From: an uncultured Methanosarcinaceae archaeon | GTDB lineage: Archaea > Halobacteriota > Methanosarcinia > Methanosarcinales > Methanosarcinaceae | Length of the DNA: 64,000 nt | NCBI GenBank assembly: GCA_963721455.1 | Contig: CAVRJG010000051.1 | Span: 32,001-96,000 of the forward strand | Direction of reading: 5' to 3' | Notes under the pieces: model-generated | Told to the model about the DNA's origin: nothing | Database searches by the model: none | The model's input: the letters and a program-made list of their open reading frames with translations, nothing else | Part shown: piece after piece, positions 20,647 to 32,156 of the stretch | Position numbering within the stretch: position 1 is the first letter of the stretch | How the letters are laid out: every line of letters begins with the position of its first letter | Translations under genes and position numbers: made by a program

Positions 20647-22464
20647 ATGATGTCGGCAATTGAATGGGCTGAGAAATACCGGCCCAAGACCCTCAAGGAG
20701 ATCGTGGGAAACAAGAAGGCGGTACAGGATTTGGAGACCTGGGCTGAGGAGTGGCTTTCAGGCATTCCTGAGAGAAGGGCAGTGATCCTTCACGGGCCTG
20801 CAGGTGTAGGGAAGACTTCAAGTGCCCACGCTCTTGCCCGGGATCTGGGCTGGGAAGTAATCGAACTCAATGCAAGCGACCAGAGAACTGCAGGTGTGAT
20901 CGAGAAGATTGCGGGATCGGCAGCGTCGATGAAGACTCTCTTCGGAGGAAAACGCCTGATCATCCTGGACGAAGCGGACAATATCCACGGGACTGCAGAC
21001 AGAGGGGGGATGCGGGCCATTGCAGGGATTATAAAAACCACACTTCAACCAATAGTGCTGATCGCAAACGACGTTTACGGGTTGACTCCTGCTATCAGGA
21101 GCCTCTGTTTTGAAATAAAGTTCGGGTCCGTGCAGAGCCGCTCCATGGTCCCGGCTTTGAAGAAGGTATGCGAGAGTGAGGGAATTTCATGTAGCCCGGA
21201 TGCGGTCCAGAAGATTTCGGAAAGTGCGGGGGGTGACCTCCGGAGTGCAATGAACGACCTTCAGGCTTCTGCCAGCGGAAAGAAAGTGCTGGAGGCGGAG
21301 GACATCAGCACTTCAGGCAGGGACGTCAAGGAAAATATCTTCAAGGCAATGCAGAAGATATTCAAGAGCACTGACTGTAAAAGGGCCCTGGAAGCTGCCC
21401 GTGGGCTTGATGAAAGTCCTGAAGATCTTGTACACTGGATTGATGAAAACCTGCCTATCCAGTATGCCTGCAAAGACGGGGACCTCGGGGATATAAGAAC
21501 CGGTTTTGGTTATCTCTCTAAGGCTGACCTCTATCTGGGGCGCGTAAAGAAACGCCAGAACTATCGGATGTGGAGATATGCCAGTATGCTGATGGTTTGC
21601 GGAGCTGCAATCTCAAAGACAAGGCCCTACCCCGGATTTATCAAGTACCAGCAGCCTTCTCTCTGGAAGAGGCTCGGGCAGACTCGTTCGAAGCGAGATC
21701 TCAGGGACAATCTCGCTTCTACAATCGGAGAACACAGCTTCAAATCCATGCGCTATTCCAGAAATAATCTGCTGGAGCTTTACTCTCACCTGGTAAAGGA
21801 CGAGGAATCTGCGGTTGAAATTACTGCAGGCCTAGGGCTTGAACTTGAGGGATTGATATATCTCTCGGGAAGCACAAAAGCCAGCAAAAAACTGCAGAAA
21901 ATTTATGATGAGGCGCAGGAACTGCTCCTTGAAGGAAAAGAAAAATCTGAAGAAATGGAATTTTTCAAAACTCCTGCTCCTTCAGGAAACGATAAACAGG
22001 TATCCTCCGGTTCCGCAGTTAAAATTCCCGGGGGAAAAGATGTGGAATCTTCTGGCAAATCTGAAATCTCCGCTTCCCTTACTTCCGAAGGCAAGCAGAA
22101 GATCCTTAAATTTGGTTTTGACATTTCTCCGGAGGAGATCTCCGGGGAAAAGAAGAATTCAGGAAGCAATACGTCTGCTACCCTCACATCTGATGATCTT
22201 AAACCTGATACCCTTACATCTGATGAGACTAAGGCTAAGAATATTTCCTCTTTGCCAGAATCCTCTGAGAAGGGTGTATCTGGTGGCCCTGAACCGATGG
22301 CTTTCGCGGCATCTCCTGAGTTTTCAAAGCAAAAGGAACTTACAAACAGCGAACCTGTTATCAGGAAAGTTACTGAACTTAAGCCCGCAGGCCTTGAGGT
22401 CGACGCCACCGAAGTTTCTAGAAAACCCGAGTCGAAATCCCAGAAGACACTTTTCGACTTCTAA
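20647..22464 (+). CDS. rfcL: Replication factor C large subunit
   Basis: [28 protein letters not shown]; low-complexity tail ending in PIP box QKTLFDF. Confidence 0.95.
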   Translation: MMSAIEWAEKYRPKTLKEIVGNKKAVQDLETWAEEWLSGIPERRAVILHGPAGVGKTSSAHALARDLGWEVIELNASDQRTAGVIEKIAGSAASMKTLFGGKRLIILDEADNIHGTADRGGMRAIAGIIKTTLQPIVLIANDVYGLTPAIRSLCFEIKFGSVQSRSMVPALKKVCESEGISCSPDAVQKISESAGGDLRSAMNDLQASASGKKVLEAEDISTSGRDVKENIFKAMQKIFKSTDCKRALEAARGLDESPEDLVHWIDENLPIQYACKDGDLGDIRTGFGYLSKADLYLGRVKKRQNYRMWRYASMLMVCGAAISKTRPYPGFIKYQQPSLWKRLGQTRSKRDLRDNLASTIGEHSFKSMRYSRNNLLELYSHLVKDEESAVEITAGLGLELEGLIYLSGSTKASKKLQKIYDEAQELLLEGKEKSEEMEFFKTPAPSGNDKQVSSGSAVKIPGGKDVESSGKSEISASLTSEGKQKILKFGFDISPEEISGEKKNSGSNTSATLTSDDLKPDTLTSDETKAKNISSLPESSEKGVSGGPEPMAFAASPEFSKQKELTNSEPVIRKVTELKPAGLEVDATEVSRKPESKSQKTLFDF

Positions 22465-22843
22465 TTTTTTTTCGCTCTTTGTTCAAAATAATTTACATTT
22501 TTTTCCGGACTGCAGTATCGTAAGAAGGCTTCTTTCAGATTGCATGGGACTGATGAAAAGAGAGTTGAAATGCAAAATTAGAACAAAGTTGAGATAAGTC
22601 CCACTAAGTATTTGTAACGAAATAACTTAGGCAATGAATAATTTAGTTAAAGTTAAATAATCCCTCTTGCGTGTGAAAGTTATTTAATACATCTTTAAAA
22701 ACTGCCTATATTATTTCGCGGTGGGTCCTAAAATGAGATCAACTTTGAATAGATTGAGATAAACTCCGAATAAGCTGAGATAATTTTACAAAAAGTGTGA
22801 TAATTTACAAGAAAATCGAGACACAAAAAAGAGAGAAAAGTTT

Positions 22844-22934
22844 GTGAGCGGGTTGGAGAGTTTTGGGGAATAGTTGGGGAAATAGTTGGGGGAATAGTTG
22901 GGGGTTATACTATGGAAAATAGACCCGCTCACTT
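22844..22934 (-). ncRNA. Candidate sRNA B (closing stem GTGAGCGGGT/ACCCGCTCAC, 4x CCCCAA-type loop repeats)
   Basis: 10-bp perfect terminal IR; minus-strand BRE/TATA GAAAAGC-TATTTATA ~24 nt upstream; T-tract right after stem. Confidence 0.65.
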
Positions 22935-23115
22935 GACATGACTACCTATTCATGCTATAAATAGCTTTTCACTTTATTTTTTATAATTTATAATCGAGGA
23001 TTTATAATTCAAGGCTCGTCTATTTTGCAGGAAATTATACTTCTTTATGTAGAACTCGATAATTAATGGGCGGAATTAAAACCTAAATAAATATTTCTCT
23101 TTTATGAGAATGGAA

Positions 23116-23190
23116 TGAGCGGGTTGGGGGTATGAATTGGGTTGTTGGGTTGTTGGGTGTTTATCTAACAAAAGAGAGACTCGCTCACAA
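23116..23190 (-). ncRNA. Candidate sRNA C (tandem paralog of B, CCCAACAA repeats)
   Basis: tgagcgggtt/gactcgctca IR; minus-strand TATTTATA ~22 nt upstream. Confidence 0.55.
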
Positions 23191-23503
23191 GCTAATCATG
23201 CTAATCCGATATAAATATATTTTGTTTAATGTTTATATTCCTCAAAATTACAGCAGGCTTACCTGTAAATGAAATAAATCTAATTGTCCAAAACAAGTAA
23301 ACTTTATTTCAGTTTTCCTATTTTTTCCTGTACACAAGATAGTAGACGTGAAGGATATACATCAATTTCACTTCGTGTTAATAATAATAATAATTCCTCA
23401 GATAATCTCTTAAGTTCCTCCCCTAACAAAAGAGATATATATAACTAGTGACATTTTGACCCTGCACTTAGAGCAATTCTGCAAATGTAAGCAACGGTAA
23501 AAT

Positions 23504-23580
23504 GGGCTCGTGGTCTAGTCGGTTATGACATCGCCTTTACACGGCGGGGATCCTGAGTTCGAATCTCAGCGGGCCCACCA
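23504..23580 (+). tRNA. tRNA-Val(TAC)
   Basis: GGGCTCG acceptor/CGGGCCC, anticodon arm tcgcc-tt-TAC-ac-ggcgg, T-loop GTTCGAATC, encoded CCA. Confidence 0.96.
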
Positions 23581-23990
23581 TATTTTTTTGAGTTAAATTA
23601 TTTCTAATTTCTATAAATTTCTTAAACAGTATTGGCTCACATATATGCCTCACATATATACTTTTGTGTATCTTTTCAGTTTTTCTCTTATACATTTTTA
23701 GTGTGTATTCTTCCTTAATACTGATTTTTTTTAAAAAGACTAAGCAAGAGTTGTTTCCAATTTTTTCTCTTATAATTGCCCCTTTTCCCCCGCCGCAACA
23801 GGGAATCCATCAGTTATAATCATTTTTCTTTATAACTTGACCTTTTATATAATACTGATATTGTTATATAGAAAGGAAAACGATTAAGATTTAGAATCTT
23901 TGTTACCTACAAAAAGATACGCTTTAATATTTTTAAAGCGTAACTTCATACAAAGATTATTTTCGAATCTACCGTGGGGGAGGAGTCAGT

Positions 23991-24218
23991 ATTAAGAGAA
24001 GAAGCAGGACTGATATTGCAGTAGATATTTTAAGAGTAGCAATGAACGGGGCGAAGAAAACTCATATTGTATATGAGGTAAATCTAAACTTTAATATTGC
24101 CCAGAAATACCTGGAAATGTTGAAAGAGAAAGAGCTTATCAGGCACGAAAATGGGCTTTTTATCACTACCGACAAAGGAAAAGTTTTTCAGGAAATGGCT
24201 AAGGAACTCAAACTTTAA
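23991..24218 (+). CDS. Small winged-helix DNA-binding protein (HTH_45-type), apparent ATT start
   Basis: Missed by the ORF track: IKRRSRTDIAVDILRVAMNGAKKTHIVYEVNLNFNIAQKYLEMLKEKELI...TTDKGKVF...L*; GGAGGAG RBS just upstream. Confidence 0.8.
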   Translation: MKRRSRTDIAVDILRVAMNGAKKTHIVYEVNLNFNIAQKYLEMLKEKELIRHENGLFITTDKGKVFQEMAKELKL

Positions 24219-24460
24219 GCGGTTTTTTATCTCTTTTTAATTTTTTATTAAATCTTCCCATTTTTTTCCTTTTTCAGGTTTACTTTTTTTATTTCACTCT
24301 AAACCGATTTTTCTTTACTCCTACTTTTTTCTTTAACATTTCAATTACAAATTCCAGCCAGGATGATCAGAAAGAGCGCCCGGTAAGTAATTCAGTAATA
24401 ATATTTCTGAATTATCGTGCGCTCCCGTATATATAAAGGCAGATTGGAAACATATACACT

Positions 24461-25108
24461 ATGGCGATGAAGGTACTTTTTTTGAACGGCACACTGAAAA
24501 AATCGCCTCAGGTATCGAACACTCGTGCTCTTGTTGACAAGGCGGCGGCTATTTTTAAAGAATTTGGTGTTGAAGGTGAAGTGATAAGGGTTGTAGATTA
24601 TAATGTAGCTTTCGGAGTTTCCTCGGATGAAGGAGGAGATGAGTGGCCCCTGATCCTTGAAAAAATAAAAGCCTGTGATATCCTGATAATCGCGTCTCCT
24701 ATCTGGTTCGGGGTACGTTCTTCGGTAGCCCAGATGGTTATCGAAAGGCTGGATGGGACATACATGGAGGGGGACCCTCAAACAGGGCAGTATCCCCTTT
24801 ATGGAAAGGTTGCAGGGGTCATAGTTACTGGAAATGAAAACGGGACGCACAATGTCGCCAGCACCACACTTTTCAACCTGACTCACCTGGACTGCACCGT
24901 ACCTCCTAACGTGGATTGTTACTGGGTTGGTGATGCAGGTTCGGGTCCAAGTTACATAGAAGCTGGAGGAGATAGGCACCTCTATACAAATCGGACAGCC
25001 AGATATATGGCACACAACCTGGTATATTTTGCAAAGCTGTTCAAAGAAAACCCTATCCCTGCCAACTTAAAAAAACTTGATGAGGAGGCAAAGAAGGTAA
25101 GCGACTGA
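24461..25108 (+). CDS. Flavodoxin-fold NAD(P)H-dependent FMN reductase family protein
   Basis: LFLNGTLKKSP..SNT, ASPIWFG, GKVAGVIVTGNE.G. Confidence 0.85.
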   Translation: MAMKVLFLNGTLKKSPQVSNTRALVDKAAAIFKEFGVEGEVIRVVDYNVAFGVSSDEGGDEWPLILEKIKACDILIIASPIWFGVRSSVAQMVIERLDGTYMEGDPQTGQYPLYGKVAGVIVTGNENGTHNVASTTLFNLTHLDCTVPPNVDCYWVGDAGSGPSYIEAGGDRHLYTNRTARYMAHNLVYFAKLFKENPIPANLKKLDEEAKKVSD

Positions 25109-25184
25109 TGCTGATCAGCCTGAAAGCCGCTGATTTTTTCACAAAAGTCCTGAACACTCTTACTGCTGGAAATGGGGGTATTAT

Positions 25185-27479
25185 TTGACTGACAAGGATA
25201 AAACAACGATAAAATTGAAAGTTGCAGAAGCCGATCAACGGGATGTTGGAAAAGGCATCGTCCGGATAGACGAAAGCTTCAGGGAAAAGCTGGGCCTAAA
25301 TCCCTTTGACGTTGTGGAAATCAGGGGGGAGAAACCAACTTCAGCCCTCATAGGGCGGCCTTATCCGAGCGATGAGGGGCTTGATATCATTCGTATGGAC
25401 GGGCTTATCCGCACGAATGCAAAGACCAGCATAGGGGAATATGTGGAAATCCGCAAAGCAGAGTGGAAAGAAGCAAAACATGTGACCCTATCTCCCGTAA
25501 CGAGGGGCATGCAGATCTACGCTCCCGGTGAGACTCTGAGTGCGGTCTTCATGAACCGTACGGTTTCAAAAGGAGACTTCATCTCCACCACCAGCTTAAG
25601 GAAGTCCAGGGACAGGGACACCTATAGCAAGGAACTCATGTTCGATGACTTTTTCCAGGACTTTTTCGGGCAGGGTTTCGGCCCCTCCTTCGGGCTTGGG
25701 GAAATCAAGCTGCAGGTTGTTTCCACCTCCCCGTCGGGGATCGTAAAGATCACGGACGTGACTGAAATCGAACTCCTTCCCGAAGCCGTGGAAATTGCTC
25801 CTGAGCAAAACATTCCCACTGTTATGTACGAAGATCTGGGTGGGCTCAAGGATGCCATTACAAAAGTCAGGGAAATGATCGAACTTCCTCTAAAACACCC
25901 TGAACTTTTTGACAGGCTAGGGATTGATGCCCCAAAGGGGGTGTTGCTCCACGGCCCTCCAGGGACGGGCAAGACCCTGCTTGCAAGGGCGGTTGCAAAT
26001 GAGTCTGATGCCCATTTCATCTCCATCAACGGCCCGGAAATAATGTCTAAATATTACGGGGAATCCGAAAAAGCTATCCGTGATATCTTCGATGAGGCCG
26101 AAAAGAATGCCCCTGCAATTATCTTTCTGGACGAGATCGATTCCATTGCCCCAAAAAGAGCTGAGGTCACAGGGGAGGTCGAGAGAAGAGTGGTCGCCCA
26201 GCTCCTTTCCTTGATGGACGGCCTGAAAAGCCGCAAGAACGTGATCGTTATAGGTGCAACAAACCGCCCCGAAGCTCTGGACCTGGCACTGCGCCGTCCA
26301 GGCCGGTTTGACAGGGAAATCGAGCTCCGGGTCCCGGACACCGAAGGCAGGCTAGAAATTTTCCAGATCCATACAAGGGGGATGCCCCTTACCGAGGACG
26401 TAGACCTCAGGGACCTCTCCCAGATTACCTATGGGTTTGTGGGGGCTGACATTGCGGCACTCTGCCGGGAATCCGCTATGAGTGCTCTTCGGCGCATCCT
26501 CCCGAAGATCAACCTGAAAGAACCTCAGATTCCAAAAGAAATCCTGGATTCCCTGCAGGTCACAAGGGCAGACTTCGAAGATGCCATGAAAGAAGTCCAG
26601 CCCTCAGCTATCCGGGAAATCCTGATCGAGATTCCCGATGTCAGCTGGGACGATGTGGGCGGTCTGGAAAATGTAAAATGCCTCCTGAAAGAAGCCGTGG
26701 AATGGCCGCTTAAAAACCCTGAGTCTTACCGGGACATAGGGGTGGAAGCTCCGAAAGGCGTGCTTTTATATGGTCCCCCTGGTACGGGAAAGACTCTCCT
26801 TGCAAAAGCCATTGCCCATGAATCCGATGCAAACTTTATCACTGCCAAAGGAAGTGATCTGCTTTCCAAATGGTACGGTGAGTCTGAGAAAAGGATTGCT
26901 GAGGTTTTTAAGCGGGCAAGGCAGGTTGCCCCTGCCATTGTTTTTCTGGACGAACTTGATTCGCTTGCTCCCATTCGAGGGGCCTATGCAGGCGAGCCTC
27001 AGGTTACGGCTCGGATACTTAATCAGCTCCTTTCCGAAATGGATGGGCTCGAAGAACTCCGGGGTGTGGTTGTGATCGGCGCAACCAACCGCCCTGATAT
27101 CATCGATCCTGCTCTCATCCGGCCAGGGCGTTTTGATGAGCTTATTCTCGTTCCGATCCCTGATGAAGGAGCTCGAAGGGAAATTTTCAAAGTTCACACC
27201 GCGAAAATGGCTCTTGCAGAGGATGTTGATATTGAAAGTCTCATTTCAATGACAGATCAGTATACAGGTGCAGACATTGCAGCTGTGTGCAAAAAGGCAG
27301 GAAGGCATGCCCTGCGTGAGGATCTTCACGCAAAAAATGTCAAACAGAGGCACTTCCTTAAAGCAATTGCAGAATCGGGTCCTTCAGTTACTCCGGATAC
27401 TATGAAATATTACGAAGCGATAAAAGGTGAGCTCAGGACCAGGAAATCTAAGGAAATAGAGAACCCCTCTTATATCTGA
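25185..27479 (+). CDS. cdc48: CDC48/VAT family AAA+ ATPase
   Basis: N-domain DVGKGIVRID; two AAA modules GPPGTGKT / DEIDS and DELDS / ATNRP...RPGRFD. Confidence 0.95.
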   Translation: MTDKDKTTIKLKVAEADQRDVGKGIVRIDESFREKLGLNPFDVVEIRGEKPTSALIGRPYPSDEGLDIIRMDGLIRTNAKTSIGEYVEIRKAEWKEAKHVTLSPVTRGMQIYAPGETLSAVFMNRTVSKGDFISTTSLRKSRDRDTYSKELMFDDFFQDFFGQGFGPSFGLGEIKLQVVSTSPSGIVKITDVTEIELLPEAVEIAPEQNIPTVMYEDLGGLKDAITKVREMIELPLKHPELFDRLGIDAPKGVLLHGPPGTGKTLLARAVANESDAHFISINGPEIMSKYYGESEKAIRDIFDEAEKNAPAIIFLDEIDSIAPKRAEVTGEVERRVVAQLLSLMDGLKSRKNVIVIGATNRPEALDLALRRPGRFDREIELRVPDTEGRLEIFQIHTRGMPLTEDVDLRDLSQITYGFVGADIAALCRESAMSALRRILPKINLKEPQIPKEILDSLQVTRADFEDAMKEVQPSAIREILIEIPDVSWDDVGGLENVKCLLKEAVEWPLKNPESYRDIGVEAPKGVLLYGPPGTGKTLLAKAIAHESDANFITAKGSDLLSKWYGESEKRIAEVFKRARQVAPAIVFLDELDSLAPIRGAYAGEPQVTARILNQLLSEMDGLEELRGVVVIGATNRPDIIDPALIRPGRFDELILVPIPDEGARREIFKVHTAKMALAEDVDIESLISMTDQYTGADIAAVCKKAGRHALREDLHAKNVKQRHFLKAIAESGPSVTPDTMKYYEAIKGELRTRKSKEIENPSYI

Positions 27480-27513
27480 GTAAGGACGGCGGTTTATTTT
27501 CCTATAATTTCCG

Positions 27514-27597
<84 letters not shown>

Positions 27598-27830
27598 TTT
27601 ATTTTTATTTAACTACTTTTCTTACAAACTTAAACACTTTTATGATACTGTTATTGCATTAACTGATCTTTAAAGTCGACCAATTTTTTTAATTAGACTC
27701 TTTCTTACTCACCTATATTACAGAGCTTTTCCAATAACGATTATTTGGTTCAGAGACTCATTTAGATATATACTCTATTAATTATGTTAACCAATGATAT
27801 TAAATATCATAATTACTATCGGTAATATAT

Positions 27831-28394
27831 ATGCAGCTTCCAACACCCGAAGATCTTAAAAAAAGAAGAAATGAACTCGGGCTTACCCAGAGCGACCTGG
27901 CTAAAAGGGCAGGAGTAAGCCAGCCCCTCATAGCTCGTATAGAATCAGGAGATGTGGACCCCAGACTTTCTACTGTCCGGAAAATCCTTGATGCTTTTGA
28001 GGAAGCTGAAAAGGAACAGCAGATTATCATAAGGGACCTGATGCATTCCCCTGTTATTCATGTTTCTCTGGATGACTCCCTGGAAGAGGTAGTAAACCTG
28101 ATGCATGTTCATGGTTTTTCACAAATTCCTGTGCTTGATGGAGGCATTCCGGTTGGAAGCATTTCGGAAGAAATGATCGTGAAATTGATGGGCGAAAGTA
28201 AGAAAAAATCAATTTCCCAGTTGAAAGTCTCCGGAATAATGGGTGAGTCCTTCCCAACAGTATCTCCCGGCATTTCTATCTCAGTAGTTTCGCATATACT
28301 GGAAGGAAATCCTGCCGTACTGGTGGTGGAAAAAGGGGCAGTAGTTGGTGTCGTAACAAAACATGATGTTATGAGGCTCCTTCAGAACCAATAA
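27831..28394 (+). CDS. XRE-family HTH + CBS-pair transcriptional regulator
   Basis: LGLTQSDLAKRAGVSQPLIARIESG.VDPRLST; two CBS repeats. Confidence 0.92.
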   Translation: MQLPTPEDLKKRRNELGLTQSDLAKRAGVSQPLIARIESGDVDPRLSTVRKILDAFEEAEKEQQIIIRDLMHSPVIHVSLDDSLEEVVNLMHVHGFSQIPVLDGGIPVGSISEEMIVKLMGESKKKSISQLKVSGIMGESFPTVSPGISISVVSHILEGNPAVLVVEKGAVVGVVTKHDVMRLLQNQ

Positions 28395-28735
28395 CCGGAA
28401 TCCTTCTTCCTGATAGGGTGACATCTGAAGCTGAACATGGAAAGCACATCAATTATATACTAGGATTCAATTAAACCTGAACTCTAAATTTGATTTAACG
28501 CTTGATCTGTCCAAAGTAACTGAATTTAATAAATCCTGTTGAAAAAAGTACCAGGACATAAGAAGGACATAAGAGATACTGTAGAGCCGTTAGGGCACAC
28601 CGTATCAATACCGATATAACTCTGAGTTATTTAAAAACGGTGGGATTTTAAAGCTACAGAATTTAAATAAATTTCCTTAAACATATAAAAAAACAAAAAC
28701 CTATTAAATATTTCAAAATATGGAGCATAATATAT

Positions 28736-29888
28736 ATGGATCTGGAAGATACCCTTCTCATGATGCCTGGTCCCGTACCTGTTGCACCCAGAGTCCTTAG
28801 AGCCATGTCAAAACCGATGATCAATCACCGGAGTGCGGAATTTGCCGGAATTTATACCGATTGCAGGGAAATCCTTTCCAGCGTTTTCCAGACAAAGAAT
28901 GATCTCTTTTTGCTAAGTGGTTCGGGAACTGCGGGAATGGAAGCTGCTGTCGGGTCTGTGGCTGGAAGCGGGGACAAAGTCATTGCCATAGAAAATGGAA
29001 AGTTTGGAGAGCGCTTTAAAGATATTGCCAGCCCTCTATGCGGAAGTCGTTCCCCTTGTATTCGAATGGGGTCTTCCGATTGACCTTGAAATGGTCAAGG
29101 AAAAGCTTGAGGAAGGGGCAAAAGCCATCACCCTTGTCCACAACGAGACTTCAGCAGGTATTCTTAACCCGGCTGCGGAAATTGGCAAACTTGCCAAAAA
29201 GCATGACGCCCTCTTTATTATGGACGGCGTGACCTCCCTTGGAGGAGATGACGTCAAAGTCGATGAATGGGGAGTTGACATTGCAATTGTAGGTTCACAG
29301 AAGTGCCTTGCAGCCCCTCCAGGGCTTGCAGTCGTTTCCGTAAGTGAAAAAGCTTTTGAGGCTATGAAGGGTGTCGCAAAAAAGCCTTATTATAACGACC
29401 TCATGGCATATAAAAAGAGTGGGGATAAACCCAGGCCAGAAACACCTTACACTCCTGCAATTCCTCTTTTCTATGCACTTCAGGAAGCTCTGCATATCGT
29501 AAAAGAGGAAGGTATGGAGGCAAGAATTAAAAGGCACAGGATCCTTTCAGAAGCCGTAAGAGCGGCAGTTGCCGAGATGAACATCGAGATGTTCCCGCAG
29601 CTTAACGAGTACAGCCATTACTCCAATACAATCTCTGCCATGAAAGCTCCTGAAGGCATTGATGGAGAGGATATTAAGAATGATATGAAGAAGCGAGGCG
29701 TAATTATCGCAGGTGGGCAGGAACGCCTCAAGAGCAAGATTTTCAGAATCGGGTGCATGGGAAATGTCACCGCAAGGGACGTGCTCTCAACCATCCAGCA
29801 GCTGGAAATCGTACTGAATAAACGTGGTTACATTGACAGCCTGGGAGCAGGCACAGAAGCTGCAACCAGGGTTATTGACAGGGCCTGA
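28736..29888 (+). pseudogene. Class V PLP aminotransferase (serine-pyruvate/alanine-glyoxylate type), +1 frameshift near 29029
   Basis: LLMMPGPVPV, GSGTAGMEA in one frame; VHNETS, DGVTSLGG, GSQKCL in the other; one extra C in gatattgccagccctctat. May be a sequencing error. Confidence 0.85.
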
Positions 29889-29897
29889 ATGGGATAA

Positions 29898-30434
<537 letters not shown>

Positions 30435-30473
30435 AGCAATTTAAGTAAAAACAACGACTGGAGACCTTATTAG

Positions 30474-30878
30474 ATGACTATCAGCCTAGGATTTGTTGTA
30501 GCTGAATTTAACAGGGATCTGACCTATCAGATGGAACTGCTTGGAAGAGAACACGCAGAGTTCCTGGGGGCAACAGTTAAAGAGACCATTCTCGTTCCAG
30601 GGGTCTTTGACATGCCCCTTGCAATCAAGAAGCTTTGCCAGAGGGATGACATTGATGCCGTGGTTACTATCGGGTCGGTAATCGAAGGTGAGACTGATCA
30701 TGACCAGGTGGTTATGCAGCATGCTGCAAGGAAGATCATGGATCTTTCCCTTGAGTTCAATAAGCCTGTAACTCTCGGGATTCCAGGTCCGGGTATGACA
30801 CGGATGGCGGCTCATGAGCGTGTGGACTATGCAAAACGGGCAGTTGAAGCTGCAGTAAAGCTGGTGCGGCGGCTGTGA
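30474..30878 (+). CDS. ribH: 6,7-dimethyl-8-ribityllumazine synthase
   Basis: [36 protein letters not shown]. Confidence 0.95.
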   Translation: MTISLGFVVAEFNRDLTYQMELLGREHAEFLGATVKETILVPGVFDMPLAIKKLCQRDDIDAVVTIGSVIEGETDHDQVVMQHAARKIMDLSLEFNKPVTLGIPGPGMTRMAAHERVDYAKRAVEAAVKLVRRL

Positions 30879-30933
30879 ATTCCTGTAATTTCTTAAATAA
30901 GCTACCAAAATGTAACAAACCAGGACCATCTCT

Positions 30934-32076
30934 ATGACATCCACAAGGCTCAAGCGTGTAGAAGAATCCGCAACGATCAGGATCTCCAACATTGCAACCA
31001 GAATGATTAAAGAGGGTACAGACGTTATCAATTTCAGCCTTGGTGAACCTGATTTTAATACCCCGAAAAATATCTGCGACGCGGCGGCAAAGGCCATGTA
31101 TGAGGGAAAAACCCACTATGCCCCTTCCGGAGGCGTTCCGGAATTAAGGGCAGCCATTGCCGAAAAATTAAGAACGGAAAACAATCTCGATGTGACTGAT
31201 TCAGGCGTGCTGGTAACTCCGGGGGCAAAGCAGGGAATTTTTGAGATAATGATGGGTGTCCTCGATGATGGGGACCAGGCTATTCTGTTTGACCCTTCAT
31301 GGGTAACTTATGACGCATGCATCCGGTTTGCAGGAGCAGATACTGTCTGGGTTCCAACAGTGCCTGAAAAAGGTTTCCTGCCTGACAATTTTGCAGATTA
31401 CATAAACGATAAAACAAAACTCATTGTTGTAAATAGTCCGGGAAACCCTACAGGTGGGGTATTCGGAAAAAAGACTTTGCAATGTATTGCCGATCTTGCG
31501 ATTGACCACGACCTTACAGTCGTCTCAGATGAAATCTATGAGAAAATTATCTATGACAGGGAGCATATCAGCATCGGCAGTTTTGACGGGATGCAGGAAA
31601 GAACCATTACTGTAAATGGCTTTTCCAAGGCATACGCCATGACAGGCTGGAGACTCGGCTACCTGACTGCTCCTCCTGAAATCTTCAAGCTTCTACTTAA
31701 GATTCAGTCCCATTCAGTAAGCAGTGCGACTACATTTGTTCAGTACGGCGGGCTTGAAGCCCTTCAGGGCCCTCAGGATGGCGTTAAAGCAATGGTGGAC
31801 CGTTTCAAGGTACGGCGCGATGTCCTCATCGATGGCCTTAACAAAATGGGCATCGAATGCAAAAAACCAGATGGAGCTTTTTATGCCTTTGCTAATGTCA
31901 GTGAGTATGGAAATGGCACGGAGGTTGCAGAAAGGCTCCTGAAAGAAGCTCAGGTAGCAGTTACGCCTGGAATCGCTTTTGGTGCGTCTGGCGAGGATTT
32001 TATCAGAATTTCCTATGCGACGTCAATTGACAGAATCAGGGAAGCCCTTGAAAGACTTGAAATAATATTTGCATAA
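30934..32076 (+). CDS. Class I/II PLP aminotransferase (aspartate aminotransferase-like)
   Basis: GEPDF, NSPGNPTG, SDEIYE, NGFSKAYAMTGWRLG. Confidence 0.92.
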   Translation: MTSTRLKRVEESATIRISNIATRMIKEGTDVINFSLGEPDFNTPKNICDAAAKAMYEGKTHYAPSGGVPELRAAIAEKLRTENNLDVTDSGVLVTPGAKQGIFEIMMGVLDDGDQAILFDPSWVTYDACIRFAGADTVWVPTVPEKGFLPDNFADYINDKTKLIVVNSPGNPTGGVFGKKTLQCIADLAIDHDLTVVSDEIYEKIIYDREHISIGSFDGMQERTITVNGFSKAYAMTGWRLGYLTAPPEIFKLLLKIQSHSVSSATTFVQYGGLEALQGPQDGVKAMVDRFKVRRDVLIDGLNKMGIECKKPDGAFYAFANVSEYGNGTEVAERLLKEAQVAVTPGIAFGASGEDFIRISYATSIDRIREALERLEIIFA

Positions 32077-32156
32077 ATTAAATGCAGCAAATAACCTTTC
32101 TAAAAAGGGGTAAGAATAACAGGTATTGATTGAATACAGCAACGGTAGGGGTATGT

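Noticed and set aside
22860-22910. CRISPR-like or replication-origin (ORB) repeats
   Set aside because: Units are 11-12 bp with no unique spacers; no cas or cdc6/orc1 gene nearby
23580-25110. Integrated element at tRNA-Val (or tRNA-His)
   Set aside because: No integrase and no duplicated tRNA 3' end noticed in the window
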